Shown here: positions 51,517 to 64,000 of the stretch, in pieces
How positions within the stretch are numbered: the stretch's first letter is position 1
Layout of the letters: each line of letters starts with the position of its first letter
NCBI GenBank assembly: GCA_030704615.1
Contig: CM060732.1
Location: 78,926,001-78,990,000 of the forward strand
Length of the DNA: 64,000 nucleotides
DNA from: Takakia lepidozioides
Lineage: Eukaryota; Plantae; Bryophyta
Reading direction: 5' to 3'
The notes under the pieces: model-generated
What the model was told of the DNA's origin: nothing
Database searches by the model: none
Seen by the model: the letters and a program-made list of their open reading frames with translations, nothing else
Made by a program: the position numbers and the translations under genes

Positions 51517-53261
51517 TGTTAATGCGGCTTATGGCTTAGACTACTAGGTTCATAACATAAACCTGCACCTACACCTGCATCCACTAAAGCACTCATATGG
51601 TCTGCTGGTCATCAACCCAGCCTCATCATAAGAGAAACAATGATGGTATGACTGGTCATCACCCCAGCCTCATCACCGACAGCACGTTCTAGGATTGGCC
51701 GGTAATCGAATCCGGACCAACCTCCTATGAAAACAAGCGCCCACACAAAGCTAACATGGCGCACAGTCAAGCATGCAGGTGTGGAGGAGATCCAAACACA
51801 AGAAAATCAAAGCAACAACACCCCAACACCAAAATCACTCCACAGTGTCGCTCTTGCAATGACACCCCAGCCCAAACCCGGACTGACTCTTGCCTCCACA
51901 GACGGAAAGATTTTGGCCTACAGAGAGAGTGAAAGACTACAAGGAAGAGAGACTAAAGCAATTCCTAATCCCAGCATGCTCTCATCCCACCACCTTATCT
52001 CCACACTCTCTTGCTTGAACAATAGACAAGACTACCTTTCAAGGGTCTCTCAAATAACTCTCTAGGAGCCCTCAAGATGTCTCTCAAACAATCTCACTAA
52101 GGCTCCCAAACCTTGCAACAATGGGACTCCAAACAGTACACCGAGGCCCCAAAAGCCTGCCAAAACTTGGCCCTCCAGGACCCCAAATAATCCCTCATAC
52201 AAGTCACCAAAGACTCCTCCAGCTCGCCAATATTGACCTCCAAGAACCCCCGATGGTCCTCCAAATAGTCCTCCAAGGACCCCAAACAGTCCTCCAATGA
52301 CTCCCAATGGTCCTTCAAATAGTCCTCCAAGAATCCCAAACAATCCTCCAAGGACTCCCAATGGTCCTCCAAAGAGTCCTCCAAGGACTTCCAATGGTCC
52401 TCCAACGACCCCCAAACGGTGCTCCAATGACTCTCAATGGTCCTCCAAACAGTCCTCCAAGCACTCCAAACATCCTCCAAAGACTCACTATGTTCCCAAT
52501 GCATTCCCAGTAGGTTCCCAAAGTTCCCTGAGAATATTCCTAAGAATATGCCATAGTATTCCCCAGTATTCCCCTGGGCCTATATGTATTTTCCCTGTAT
52601 TCCCCCTTGTATTCTCCTTAGGAATAGTCATTTCCCCCTGGCAATAGCCATTTCCCCCTCATAGAGTAGTTCATTTCCCCGTAAGCTTTAGCCACTTCCC
52701 CCTTTATTTCCTTGAGGTTTAGCCTTACCAAGCTAGGGTTTGTGCTCCTTGGGGCTCTATGCTTAATCCCCTCAAGCATCCATGATTTCTATGGGCTACC
52801 AAGGCAAATTCCCTCGATCTTCTTCACCTTAAGCTACTCAAGCTTGTCTCCAACTCAACTAGCAATGCATTGGCAACACAACAAGCTCAATTTCTCCTTG
52901 GAAGCTAAAAACAAGCTTCTACCTCTTTTGGCAAGCCACCAAGCCTTGTCTCCTCTCAAGCCTTGGTCATTCAAGCTCCCTTCACTTGCTAGCTCAAGAG
53001 CCACTCCTCTCGCTTGAAATTGCAAAGCTCAAGCCAAAAGCATGCTCCACACATGCATCACCTCATACACAAGGGAATCAACTTGCTCCCTTCACCATCT
53101 AGCTCCCCTCAAGCTTGAAATTGGAAGCAACACTTGGGAAGCATGCTCCACATATGCACCACTTGCTCGGTCAACCATTTGCTTCACCAAGAGCAATCCA
53201 CCACAAAGCTCACATTACTATGAGCATGAATAGCCGGGCATAGCCTCCCCCTCTTGTCACA
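51517..53261 (+). mobile_element. LTR-like segment with an internal CCTCCAA minisatellite (52180-52480)
   Basis: Starts TG and ends TGTCACA. The first ~400 bp are homologous in reverse orientation to 60945-61339. Confidence 0.45.
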
Positions 53262-53659
53262 TTATATAGTTATACTACTGCAAATAGGGGGAATTAGCGA
53301 CGCCAGCCGCGATTCCACGCCCCGCACGGCACTGAGCATGCGACGTCCGCCCCACGACACATTTTTGTGATGCCCCAGAGTCGCTTAACAGCGATGGGGC
53401 TGTCCTTGCGATGTCGTAGCGTCGCACCACTGCGCCCAAGCGTTGCCCCCTTGCTCTGGGGCCAGCCGGCGATCCAGGACGTCACAAGGTGGCATGAAGG
53501 GCAAGAGGCAGCCCTTCTGTACGACTCCTGTTAGAGGGCTATCTTGGACTTAGACAGTTTTACGAGTTCTGTAGGGTACCCTTAATTTTGCGCAGACCTA
53601 CTCAAACCATTACAAACCTTAGGGATGATAGACATAGACTTTAGGGGTGGCAGATAAGC

Positions 53660-53835
53660 TCACACAGTCATCAGTCGCAGCCTTACACAGTCTGACACAG
53701 CCTAACACAACGTGATACAATCAATCACAGTCTGTCACAGCCTATCACAGTCAGACATAGCCTTACACAGCGTGACACGGTTAGTCATAGTTCGACACAG
53801 ACACAGCCCGACACAGCTCGGCACAGCCCGTCACA
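53660..53835. repeat. CACAG-rich minisatellite
   Basis: Repeated acacag/tcacag units, similar to the reverse complement of the 60170-60730 array. Confidence 0.7.
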
Positions 53836-55238
53836 ACGTTAACAGGGAACGGTTATCATTGGCAGGGAATGACTGTGTGGGAACGACATTTGTAGAAGGA
53901 ACGTGTATTCTGTCTTGGATGACAATTAGTTAGTTAGGCGGTTAGAATAGCTTGCAGGTAGAATAGGTAGAGTAGCAACAAGGAGGGGGTCACTTCTTGG
54001 AGCACTACTTGGACATCACTTGGAGAGATCAGGGGGAGAGCACAAACATGGAACACAGGGATGGAGATTATACAGAGGAGGAGATACGATGTGATGAAGC
54101 TTGATACATACAAGTTGTAGATATGTATTGTAGAGCAGATTAGAGACACCATGGCCTCGGCCTGATACTTGATAGATATTAATTTGATACATATTTCATA
54201 CTCACACTGTGTAGAGAGACCTGAGTGAAGCTGTGGAATGAATGCTTGGGTAGATGGAACATGGAAGATTGCAGAAGCAATCTGATACTTAATCATAGAC
54301 AGTAAGATAACTTGCTAACATGAATGCAAGAAAGAATACAAATATGAAGCACCACCATGATACACTAGTTGTAGGTCATGACTGATTGTTCTGAGTGGGC
54401 TGAGTACTTAGAGATTTCCAATTCTTCTATCTTGGAGTTTCCACCTCGGATAGCTAAGGGATGGGTGAGTAAAAGCCGCTCGACATTTGGCGACCATACT
54501 GGGGAACTGAGTCAAGAACAACCAGATGTGACAGGCATCTGGTGGGATCATGGTGGATGGAGAATCAAGGAATTTGATGTGAATCAAATTCCCTCTGAAA
54601 CTGAGAAAGAAAGACTGTCCAAACAATTCTTTCAAAGATTCTTGGCCAGACGGTTGCAAGGAAAACATTCTTAAGAAAGTGCATGATGTTGATCCAGAGT
54701 GGGGTCTGGAGAAATGAGTGATAAAGATTTATCAAGTGGCCTGTAGAGGGAAAGCAAGTTGGTTACCAACATTGTTTTATGTGATAGCATTGCTATCCAT
54801 TAAACGAGTGGAGTTTGAAAGCTGGGAGGAACGGAAGGTGAATGTTTATACTCGCATGCATGAAGAACTTGTACTGGTAAAGAATTGGATTCCTAAGGAT
54901 ATCTTGTGGATCAAACTTACACCAAGAACAACTTTTCAGACGTGCTTGCCATATGGTTATATGGTAACGGAGCCTTCTAGTATAGCCAAGGGTGCATTAA
55001 AGCTTGAAAGAAATCCAGGCATATACGAGAGATACTATAGGAGAGAGTTTAGGTTATTGCCTCATTAAAGATATGAAAGACATGGGACATGAGTGATGAA
55101 AGGGAAGCTAGACTCCACAGATATTCAGCAAAAAAAATATATATATATTTGAAAACTAATTATCCATATCTCTGGGAGAGAGGAATAGACATAGGGGAAT
55201 CATCTGGACCTCTCACACCATTAAGACCAGAGAGTACA

Positions 55239-57950
55239 TCACCCATACCATGGTGGTGTCACCCCAGGCTTGAATGGATTCTCAGTGACACCATCCCATT
55301 CGCTTTGGTTTTGCACACCTGACAGTGCGAAGTGTTTGTATTTCAGGTTCTCGTATTTGAGGTGCCCAATACAGACTGTTCTCCTGAATATGAGATTGTC
55401 ATGGTTGTGAATATTGGAGGTTTTTGTGTGGCACCAAGGGTGTCCATCGTGCTTTTTGTCCATTCCTTCCATGAGACTGGAAATGCCCCCCACTCGACCC
55501 GGAGGAGGCAGCCCGAAAACAATATTACCATCAAATGATTCTGGCAAGAATGCCACATGCTGAACACTGAAAGTGCTCCAGTAAATCCCCCTCAACTCAC
55601 TCTTGAATCCTGCCATCCCACCCATGGCTTTAAGTTTGGGAATAACACTGGTGATCTCCTCCACATTGCTTTCTGATCTGGACATGGCTGATCCACGAGC
55701 GGTATTTCACAGGCGTCCTCGGAGGAGGAGTCCAAAAGCTCCACGACAGTGTTAATGTTACTTGACTCATTTTTGACAACCACGAGTGTTTTCTCCTGGG
55801 CCACTGATGCTGCCGTTCCAGGAGTAAGGAAAGATCCTGCAGACTGTCGTCAAGGAGCACTGAGCACCCTGTATCTGCCTAGAGGCACTTTCCATTGTGT
55901 GGTTTGTACAGTCTGCGAAGGTTTTTGGAAGGCGTACTTGAGCAAATTTCCATTGGCATCGTACACTTCCCTCTCAAGGAATAGAGTGCCATTCTCCAAC
56001 CGAAACTGCGTTGCGAGCACGTGTTCATGCACCACCGCAAAACCATCATCATCCACCTCGTATGAAAATGGCACATGGTGGTCCTCGCTGAAGAAGTCCG
56101 CGTCAAGGGAGCCCATGGCTTGGGAGGCCATCTATCTAATTTTTGTCTGTCAAGAATGCGCACATAAGATTAGAAATCTTGGTCAACACTTTTTCTTCTA
56201 TTGGGGGAGGAGAGACAGATTAGCTGAACAAAACAGTCAGGAGCTTTACCCAAAATATGTAGTCCACCATGGCGTCCATGCTCAGCCTATACCAGGTTCT
56301 GTCTGCCTTTGCCTCCGACTTGCGCAAGAGGTCGGCACTGAGCGAATTGGCAAACTCTTGCACCCCCTACTTCCCGACATCCTTCACTCGGAAGAGCATG
56401 TGGGACAAGTTGGTGGCAATGAAGGCATTCTAAGTCACCCTGCAATGCCACATTTCCATTAAACAATACTGAAATGAGAATTTGCAACTGTACTAGGGTG
56501 GAGTTTTTGGGCTGTATATAAGACGTCCTTACACACAATTGTAGGTGTCGCTTTTGCATGCAGGTCTTCAAATGCGGATCGGTACATCAAACAAATGTGT
56601 GGACATGCGAACCAAGTATATGGTCAGAGAGTGCCCAAATGCGGGGTGGATAATGTCAGCCCGAATGAAAGAATCCAACTATTTTTCCACATCTGCCCCA
56701 CCAGTGTCCTGGACATCGAATCCCGCAATTTTGAATGACATAGCCGCCATTTGGCTGTTATGTCAGAGAGGTCTGATGAGGTGCCCATTTCCATTCAATG
56801 TTTAACAGCAACTGAGCAGCTGTACAATTGTACCAAGTGCACAATCCTCCGAAACACCCCAAAAGTGGATACCCAAGAATTAAGTTTTGCGGATGAGAGG
56901 TTGACCCGAACGAATTTTGGTGTATGAGAATTAAATGTTTCCGGCGATATTTTTAACTGAAGACTGGACACGTGTCCGCCATGCATGTGGACTGAGCATG
57001 TGGCGATGGGGACGTTTCCAGTGATCATCTTGGCGTGGATGGCCTGCCGGTGAACCTCCCGCAACGCCTTTTTTTTCCTCCTTCTCCTTCTCCTTGCTGC
57101 AACTCGGGATTCTGCCGAGACGGCCACGCCATCCCGTGGGAGAAGAAAGTGCCGACGAACACTATATTTCACATCAAACAAGCAAAGGGCACGTGCTAAG
57201 GAGAGGATGAGGAAGGCAAGACGGGAACTGCGAATGGGCGAAGAAACCCCCGTCAGAGACAAGGACTAAGGGCAACACCCAAATCTGCAACCACAGTTTG
57301 GAGAGGAAGGCCTTGAAGCGGTGCCGGAGGTGACCGAAGAGCAACCTGCAACGTTGTTTGACGGTCTGGATTGCTAGATAGGGCCCGCGGAAATCGCACA
57401 ATTTCCATAATATTGTAGGGTAGTTAATATCATCAAACACCATGGACAGGTGTTTTCGGCAGAGGTATTCAACCTTGCGTCAACGCAAGGTTGAATCTCC
57501 ATATGAACAGATCTTCGGATGGTTGTTTTCTAGCAATGTTTTCCATTTCTACTGTACATGAAATTAACCTTGCATTAACACAATGTTGAATTCCACTTAT
57601 CAATCCCTGTCTTTTTTCATGCAACATTATCACATGTGGATCCGCCAATCAACCTTACGTCAACGCAAGGTTGATTGGGGATTCCAAGTTTTGCATGTGA
57701 TGGATTGTGATAATGGACTTTTTCATCTGGTAAGTGTTCGTTGAAAGTGCAGTTCTCAACATTTGGGGTAATCCTTTTCAGCTCGAATCAACCTTGCGTC
57801 AACGCAAGGTTGATTCAGGTTGATAAATATTCGTTTCGATGGGTTTTTGATCTGATTTCCAAAACCCTTCTGATGAGGTATGCTCTACGAGCTGTTCAAA
57901 TCGAATGACTGTCTGAGTTTTTGGTGTGTGTGATTCAAGTACATGTATCA
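55239..57950 (-). mobile_element. Second remnant of the Mutator-like family: transposase N-terminal zinc-finger-like fragment, unknown cargo ORFs and palindromes
   Basis: 55239-55685 reads FLPESFDGNIVFGLPP...MEGMDKKHDGHPWCHTKTSNI...FRRTVCIGHLKYEN, a DGxxW...R...CxG pattern of GCM/FAR1/WRKY type. The palindromes at 57467, 57645 and 57785 match the 26-kb array. Broken ORFs occupy 55850-57443. Confidence 0.55.
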
Positions 57951-57979
57951 TGTCCTCATACCGGGAAATACCTTAGCGA

Positions 57980-60170
57980 CACTACAGGAAAAGGGGAGCA
58001 TTTGTGACGCCCGAGCCACACCGCAGCGTCGGGAAAACGCCCTTTTCGGGCACGCGGCAGGCGCAGAATTTGCGACGCCTGGCAGTCACATGGGCGTCGC
58101 CAAAAATGATGTCGCAAAAATGCGACGTATGGGGGTCGTGAGCCCCCGCCCCAACTACCGCGACTGCCGGACGTCGCTTTTCAGGCCGTCCGCGCCGATG
58201 GCAGGGGCCTCTGTCGAGCGACGTCTCGCCGTCGTGGCCCTCCAGCCGACGGCGTTGGTGGGGGCGCCGACGCAGCGTCGCATCCCTTTTTTTTCTAACC
58301 TGCCCGGGAGTCCCATCCTAAAACCCAAAAACACGTGGCGTAAGTCGGGTGGTACGCCAAGCGACTATTGGGCGTGGCAAAAAAAAACAGTAGGAGCAGG
58401 AGTCAGGCTCCGCCACGCCCGGGCGTGGGTTTTCGCGACGCTCTGGCGTCGCTTTGTTTTAAATTTAATATTAAAAAAAGACGTGGCGCAGGCAGGGCGT
58501 CGCAGCTTGCGACCCCGAACCAAAAAAACACGTCGCAGGGGGTGTCAGGCGTTGTCGCCCGCAAATGGGTTTTGCGACGCCCGACCGTCGCGGCTTGCGA
58601 CCCCCTCCCAAAAAGCACGTCGCCATTGGCGACGTCCTGCAGTCGCGAGGGCAGCCTGGTGGGGGGGGGGTTGGGGGTGGTTTTTTGTTTTTTGCCTGGT
58701 TTTGTTTTTGGGGATGGGAGACCTTACAGTTCCATTTTTTTCCGATTTAGCAGGTACACAATTGAGCATGCATGAATCGAGGGTGAGGACGGTGCGACAC
58801 ATGAATAAGATGGAAGATGGAAAGATGGAAATATATTTACAGGAAATGAACTGAAAAGCTCACAAGGGTTCAGTAGGCTGACCCTGGGACCTACATGGAC
58901 TAGGACTAGTCATCCTCATCCTCATCCTCAGTGGAGGACTCAGAGCTATCCGATGAGCCTGATGACTCCGCGCCCTTTGCCAGAGTACCTAAATGAGGCG
59001 GCGTTCCCCTAAGTCCCATAGAGCTCTCATCCAATCCCTGGCCATGACCCCCGACCTCATCCATACTAGTGCCCTGTAGTGCACTCATCCCCTCCGTGTT
59101 GGCCATGTTCTTCATGAGGGATTGCCAACCATGCTCCTTGGCATAGTTGTACTCTACCGGAGATGGCTTCCTCTCAAACGCGCATTGTTACACATGCCAC
59201 AAATTAAAGTCAGTTCTTCGCGATGATGGAGGCAGAAAGAAGACATAACAAAATCCATAGGGAAGTACGACTTACAAATCGCAAGATAAAACCCTTGGAT
59301 CCGTCGGCGCCCCACTTGTGTGTGGATTCGTGCTTGTCAAGGCGGACTGTTGTTGCTTCGCGTGCCCGGTCAAATTTTGCCTTGTTTGCGGCATCAGTCT
59401 ATCCCGCAATGAGTGCATCCCATGATACCTATGCACCCCCCCCCACAACAATTAGTGAATTACATACATACGTTGCATCGAATCCACCTCATTAATGCAC
59501 ATGCGACAAATGGAAGGTGACATGATTCAGGATTTGCCAACCTGTGTAATTCTATAAGGTGGTTTGGGTATGGCCCCCTTTTCCATTGCCCTCCGAATGA
59601 TCTGTCTGGCACGGTACCTCCTGTCCTTCAAGTTTCACCCCACCATCTCCATCACCCTTGTGTCACTCCAATTGCCCGGAAATCAGTGGTCTAACTCACG
59701 GGCATACGCCCGCTTCACGCCAAAGTGCTGATCAGCCCATTCGATGTGCAAAGGGAACCACCTCAATGCGAGTTCGAAGGCTGGCTTCTTCATAGCCTCC
59801 CAGAACGCACCGCAGGGGTCACCATGGCGATTCACCTCTACCGGTGGCACCACGATCTTTGCCAACTCCATGTCCCATATCGCCAAGGGCATGTTCTTCT
59901 TCCCACCCTCTCTCTTATTTGTAACCTCCTTCCCCTGCTCCTTTGTTACCCCTCTGCCCTCCCCCGCATGCACACTCACCCCTTCCTCTCCATGGGACTT
60001 CTTCTTCTTCTTCTTCTTTTCCTTCCCCTTCTTCACGACCATCTCTTTCCCATTCCCCGCTACTTTCTCTCTCTCCTTCTCCCTCTCCCTTCTCTCTCTC
60101 TCCTCGACAGCCCCTTCATTGATGGTAAAAGGGATCTCGGGGGATCGAGGCCTCTTCTTCTTACCTTTGG
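57980..60170 (-). mobile_element. Truncated CACTA (En/Spm) element: one terminus plus a TnpA/Ptta-like pseudogene
   Basis: CACTACAGGAAAA terminus at 57980, followed by dense GCGACG/CGTCGC subterminal repeats to ~58650. Minus-strand coding remnants at 58906-60042 include HKWGADG and an acidic tail. 58680-58750 is inverted-homologous to 49890-49960. Confidence 0.7.
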
Positions 60171-61339
60171 TATTAGGGCTGTGACAGGCTATGCCTATGG
60201 CCTTTGGGGCTGTGACAGGCTATACCCCTTGGCCTGTGGGGCTGTAAGGGGCTGTGACGGGCTGTGGCCTTTGGGGGCTGTGACCCCTGTGATCTGTGTA
60301 GGGCTGTGACAGGCTGTGACCTGTGGCCTGTGGGGGTTGTGACGGACTTTGATAGGCTGTGACATGTGGCCTTTGGGGCTGTGAGGGGCTGTGACAGGCT
60401 GTGCCATGTGGCCTTTGGGGTTGTGATGGGTTGTGATAGGCTGTGATAGGCTGTGATATGTGGCCTTTGGGGCTGTGACAGGCTGTGTCTGTTAAAAAAT
60501 AGGGGAGGGTTTATACTGTAGGAGGCTGTGCCCTATGGCCTTTGGGGCTATGAGAGGCTGTGATAGGCTGTGGCCTGTGGGGCTGTGATCCTGTGACCTG
60601 TGTAGGGCTGTGATAGGTTGTGACCTGTGGCCTTTGGGGCTGTGATGGGCTGTGGCATGTGTGGGGTTGTGATGGCTGTGACCAGTGATCTGTGTGGGTC
60701 TGTGCTGGTCTGTGGTGGCCTGTGCTGACTCGTGGAGGCACTAGTGGACTATCTAAGGACCGACATAAGGTCTTGAAGGCCGAACTTTGACGCTCATGGA
60801 GGGCGGTTTGAGGAGTATCTTCATGATATTCCCATGGTCATGCAAGTGAGGGAAGAGAGGAGATGAAGAGTGTTGGGATGATGCTGGGGTTAGGCATTGC
60901 TTTAGCTTCTCTTCCTCGTAGTTTTCCACCCTCTCATTAGGCCAAGACCTTTCCGTAGGTGGAGGCAAGAGTCAGTCCGGGTTTGGGTTGGGGTGTCCTT
61001 ACAAGAGCAACACCGTGGAGTTGTTTTTGGTGTGGGGGAGTTATCATTCTGATTTCTTGTGTTTGGATCCCCTCCATACCTGCATGCTTGACTGTGCGCT
61101 ATGTTAGTTTTGTGTGGGCGCTTGTTTTTATAGGTGATTGATCCGGATTTGATCACCGGCCAGTCCTAGAGCATGCTGTCGATGGTGAGGCTGGGGTGAT
61201 GACCAGTCAGACCATCATTGTTTCTCCTGTGGTGAGGTTGGAGGTGATGACCAACCAACCATAGGAGTGCTTGCGGTGGATGCAAGTGCAGGTGTAGGCT
61301 ATGTTAAGAACCTAGTATTCCAAACCATAAGCCGCAACA
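60170..61339 (-). mobile_element. LTR-like segment with a GGCTGTGA minisatellite
   Basis: Ends ...ccataagccgcaaca (TGTTGCGG on the minus strand). 60945-61339 is the inverted homolog of 51520-51915. The minisatellite spans 60170-60730. Confidence 0.5.
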
Positions 61340-62121
61340 GGTTCTCTACCCGGTTACCTTGTGGAGAGGGGGTTAGGGACATGTTCATGACCGGTTGAGT
61401 AACAATTTGTCAATAAGGAGGTGCCACTAGTTGCTGGGGAGAGTGCCGGTTGGAGCACTAGCGATACTAGTGGGTACACGACACGAGGTGTGCGGTTTAG
61501 GCCACCTTCACCTCCAGTGTCTTCTACGGAAGGTTCTGATTCAAGTTCTCGTAAGCCCCCAAGGTATCTGATCGCCCAATCTCTAACATACGCCACGTCC
61601 ACCTTTTTGCCGGGAAAGTGGATGAGGATGCCATGTTCTTCCAGGGATTACCCTTTTGTGAAGATCTGGAATGTCAATGTCTGCAAGTGGGTAGTCTTTG
61701 TTCATCACCACCTGGTTAGTAGCTGTTTCCTCCACGAAATCCTTCGCGTGTGGGGACGGTGGTGGAATCCCCAACAAAGTGGGGTCCAACCTGGGGACTT
61801 TTTGAAGGGGTAAGGGGGGGAGAGGGAGGGTTGAAGAATGAATAGGAGGGACGGGGGGAGGGGATCCTTACTAATCCCGCTGCACCTGCATACTTCGACT
61901 GCGCCTGGTGGGCAAGAAAGAAGCTTGTACCCGATGGAGGAGCGTAGTTCCTGGATGCGTTTTGCACGGGGTCTTTCAGATATCTCTTCTCCACTCTGCC
62001 CTTGATGTAACCGCTGGGACCCATACTGAACTGAGTATAAAGGAACGCAGCGAGAAGAATTTAATGAAACTATAGGGAGAGAATAAGCGTAAGCTTAGGA
62101 AGCGAGAAAACAACTCAAGAG

Positions 62122-62400
62122 CAACGTCTTTTTTATTGGCGAATTTTCGCCGGATTTCAACCTCAAAAAAATAAAATAGAATATTCTGTCACAAATTCCT
62201 TGTTTTTCATGGATGAAATCGCCAAATTTCTCCAAATAAAAAAAAAGTTATGGATGAATTCGCCAAATATAGATGATATACGTGGATTGAAGTACATAAA
62301 TGGATGAAATTTAGTAGATGAACAGAATGTACCGCTATTTTTTGCAAAACTCTGTAGCCACTCGTGCTGTTTTCCAAATTTCTTGAAAAAAAAATCACTG
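62122..62400. mobile_element. hAT-type MITE with an imperfect 8-bp TSD
   Basis: CTCAAGAG at 62114-62121 and CTCAGGAG at 62401-62408. The right terminus is aaaaaaatcactg. Same family as 50377-50664. Confidence 0.7.
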
Positions 62401-62859
62401 CTCAGGAGAGAGGGAGAAGTGGTACTTAAGTTAGTCTGGACTAGAGAAGGGCGGCAAACCGATCTGTCCCGTGTATTAATTAGCCGTCGCTTCTAGCATG
62501 GGATTGAGTGAGAGCGCCGGCTGCATGGAAGGAGGGACGGTGGCCTCGCCAAACTTTACGTATACAAGGACTTTTAAAACGTCAGAAATCTTTAGTTATG
62601 TCTCAAGGGAGCCTTCTAGACGGGGCTCACCGCTCCATCCTACTTAGCTACATAGTATATGGAATTGTTTTGGAAAGCTCTAAAACTAGAAGGAGGGCCC
62701 ACGTCATATCTTACTTGTATGTTTTCCCACCTTTGGGAAAGCCCCTGTGGGACCCATTAGGCCTTTTGAAACAAAGTCCCCAGGTCTGACGAGTTGGGTG
62801 CCCCCACATCCATGCTGGACCCATTTCTTGAACCAAACAACCATCAATATGTGTAGACC

Positions 62860-63195
62860 AAGTGTTGGACTGGTATATGTATTAATATATGCACTGGTAT
62901 TAGATACCAGACCAGTCTGGTATCATTTGGGAGAATATTGGGTATCGTCAAGGCTCAGAAATCTCAAGTACATGGTTTCCAGACATGAAATCCCATCTTG
63001 GAGTCTATACCAGTGTTGGACTGGTATCAAGTTTCTTACATACCAGATTGGTCCTGGTACTAGACTTATCACGAAACTTTCATACCAATCTGGTCTATAT
63101 AATGGTGGATATATTTTTTTACAGATATTGGTATGAGTATGAGTATCATGACCACAATACCAGCTGGTATTAGATATCAGCTCTGGTCAACACCA
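62860..63195. repeat. MITE-like element with CTGGTAT/ATACCAG subrepeats
   Basis: Begins agtgttgg and ends caacacc, with repeated ctggtat units. TSD not confirmed. Confidence 0.4.
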
Positions 63196-64000
63196 AAACC
63201 ATCTTGAATTACAAGTTCATCAAATAAAGTATCAAGTGAAAACAAGCGGCTTTGCCATAAGAGGCTGTCTCCTTGCTCTTTCCTTCGGTGATTTTAGGGT
63301 TGTTGTTTTATTCTTTTTCCACGGCTTCATGAATCATGCCCATCAACCCTCCATAGACTAGGCTTAATGGATAAGCTAGTTCTACCCCTTGACAAGGTGT
63401 CTCCACAATGCCTCTATCCCTTGCGGGACAGAGCCAACAAATAAAATACACATAAAGAAATGAATATGCATAAGCACAAGTATGTAGGCACATGTACGTA
63501 CAAACCAGAGTAAAGGAAGAAGGCGGGGGGGGGGGGGGATATTGGTATTGTGGCTGGTATGAAAAAACTGATGATTCCATCTGCTGACACATCTGAGTTC
63601 AAATCCACCTCCAGTGAGCCTTGGGCCCACTACTGCCCCTGTCAACATGTTGAAGTTGACAACTGAAGAGCCTGCCTGACAAACGACAGAATGACTCACG
63701 CCGCTTATTATAGCCCACATGCCTGCCCAGAAGTCTTGCACATAAAACGTGCCTCCACACACCCCACCCTCTTGCTTTCTGACACTTGACACCCATCTCG
63801 ACTTCGAAATCCGCAAGCATTCTTTTCAACAACCCCAAAGACTTTGACACTAGATATGTATCACATATTTGACGGCTCCGTGCGTTCTGACAGGGATCCC
63901 CACTCAAATTTGGGCTCAGGACTCTCGGGAGTGAGAATGACCAGCGGGGAAGGATGAGGTGTGAATGCAGCTTCTACTTTTCAGACATGAAGAGCTTCAT

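Noticed and set aside
52062-52647. Repetitive Gly/Pro-rich ORFs
   Set aside because: Artefacts of the CCTCCAA minisatellite, open in several frames on both strands.
54378-55322. Plus-strand ORF fragments, and possible gag-like ORFs at 61354-62024
   Set aside because: Probably retroelement-derived, but no diagnostic motif could be recognised.
57943-58854. 303-aa ORF
   Set aside because: It runs through GC-rich CACTA subterminal repeats and has no recognisable domain.
59073-59081. CCTGTAGTG as the partner TIR of the CACTA end at 57980
   Set aside because: Only 9 bp match, there is no 3-bp TSD (CGA vs CAC), there are no subterminal repeats, and it lies within the coding remnant.

Overview
Eukaryotic genomic DNA with spliced genes, probably from a non-seed land plant (bryophyte-like; inferred from gene and repeat content). 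There are four host genes: a 16-exon kinesin-8 (+) with a decayed antisense LINE in intron 2, a 2-exon Josephin deubiquitinase (-), a cyclophilin-like PPIase in small exons (-), and a 9-exon GH3 beta-glucosidase (-). Two transposon-dense blocks lie at ~18-36 kb and ~50-63 kb. The most unusual feature is at ~23.9-34.1 kb: a Mutator-like element whose family has 9-bp TSDs and a SWIM transposase. It carries a spliced, now pseudogenised cargo locus encoding a ParB/Srx-like domain (VWDGNH[R]) followed by a bacterial-type beta-class N4-C/N6-A DNA methyltransferase domain (DIPDG...DLTLGT[G]). Arrays of long DNA palindromes sit in this element and recur in a second remnant at 55-58 kb. All calls are by eye from motifs, splice signals and repeats; no database search was run.
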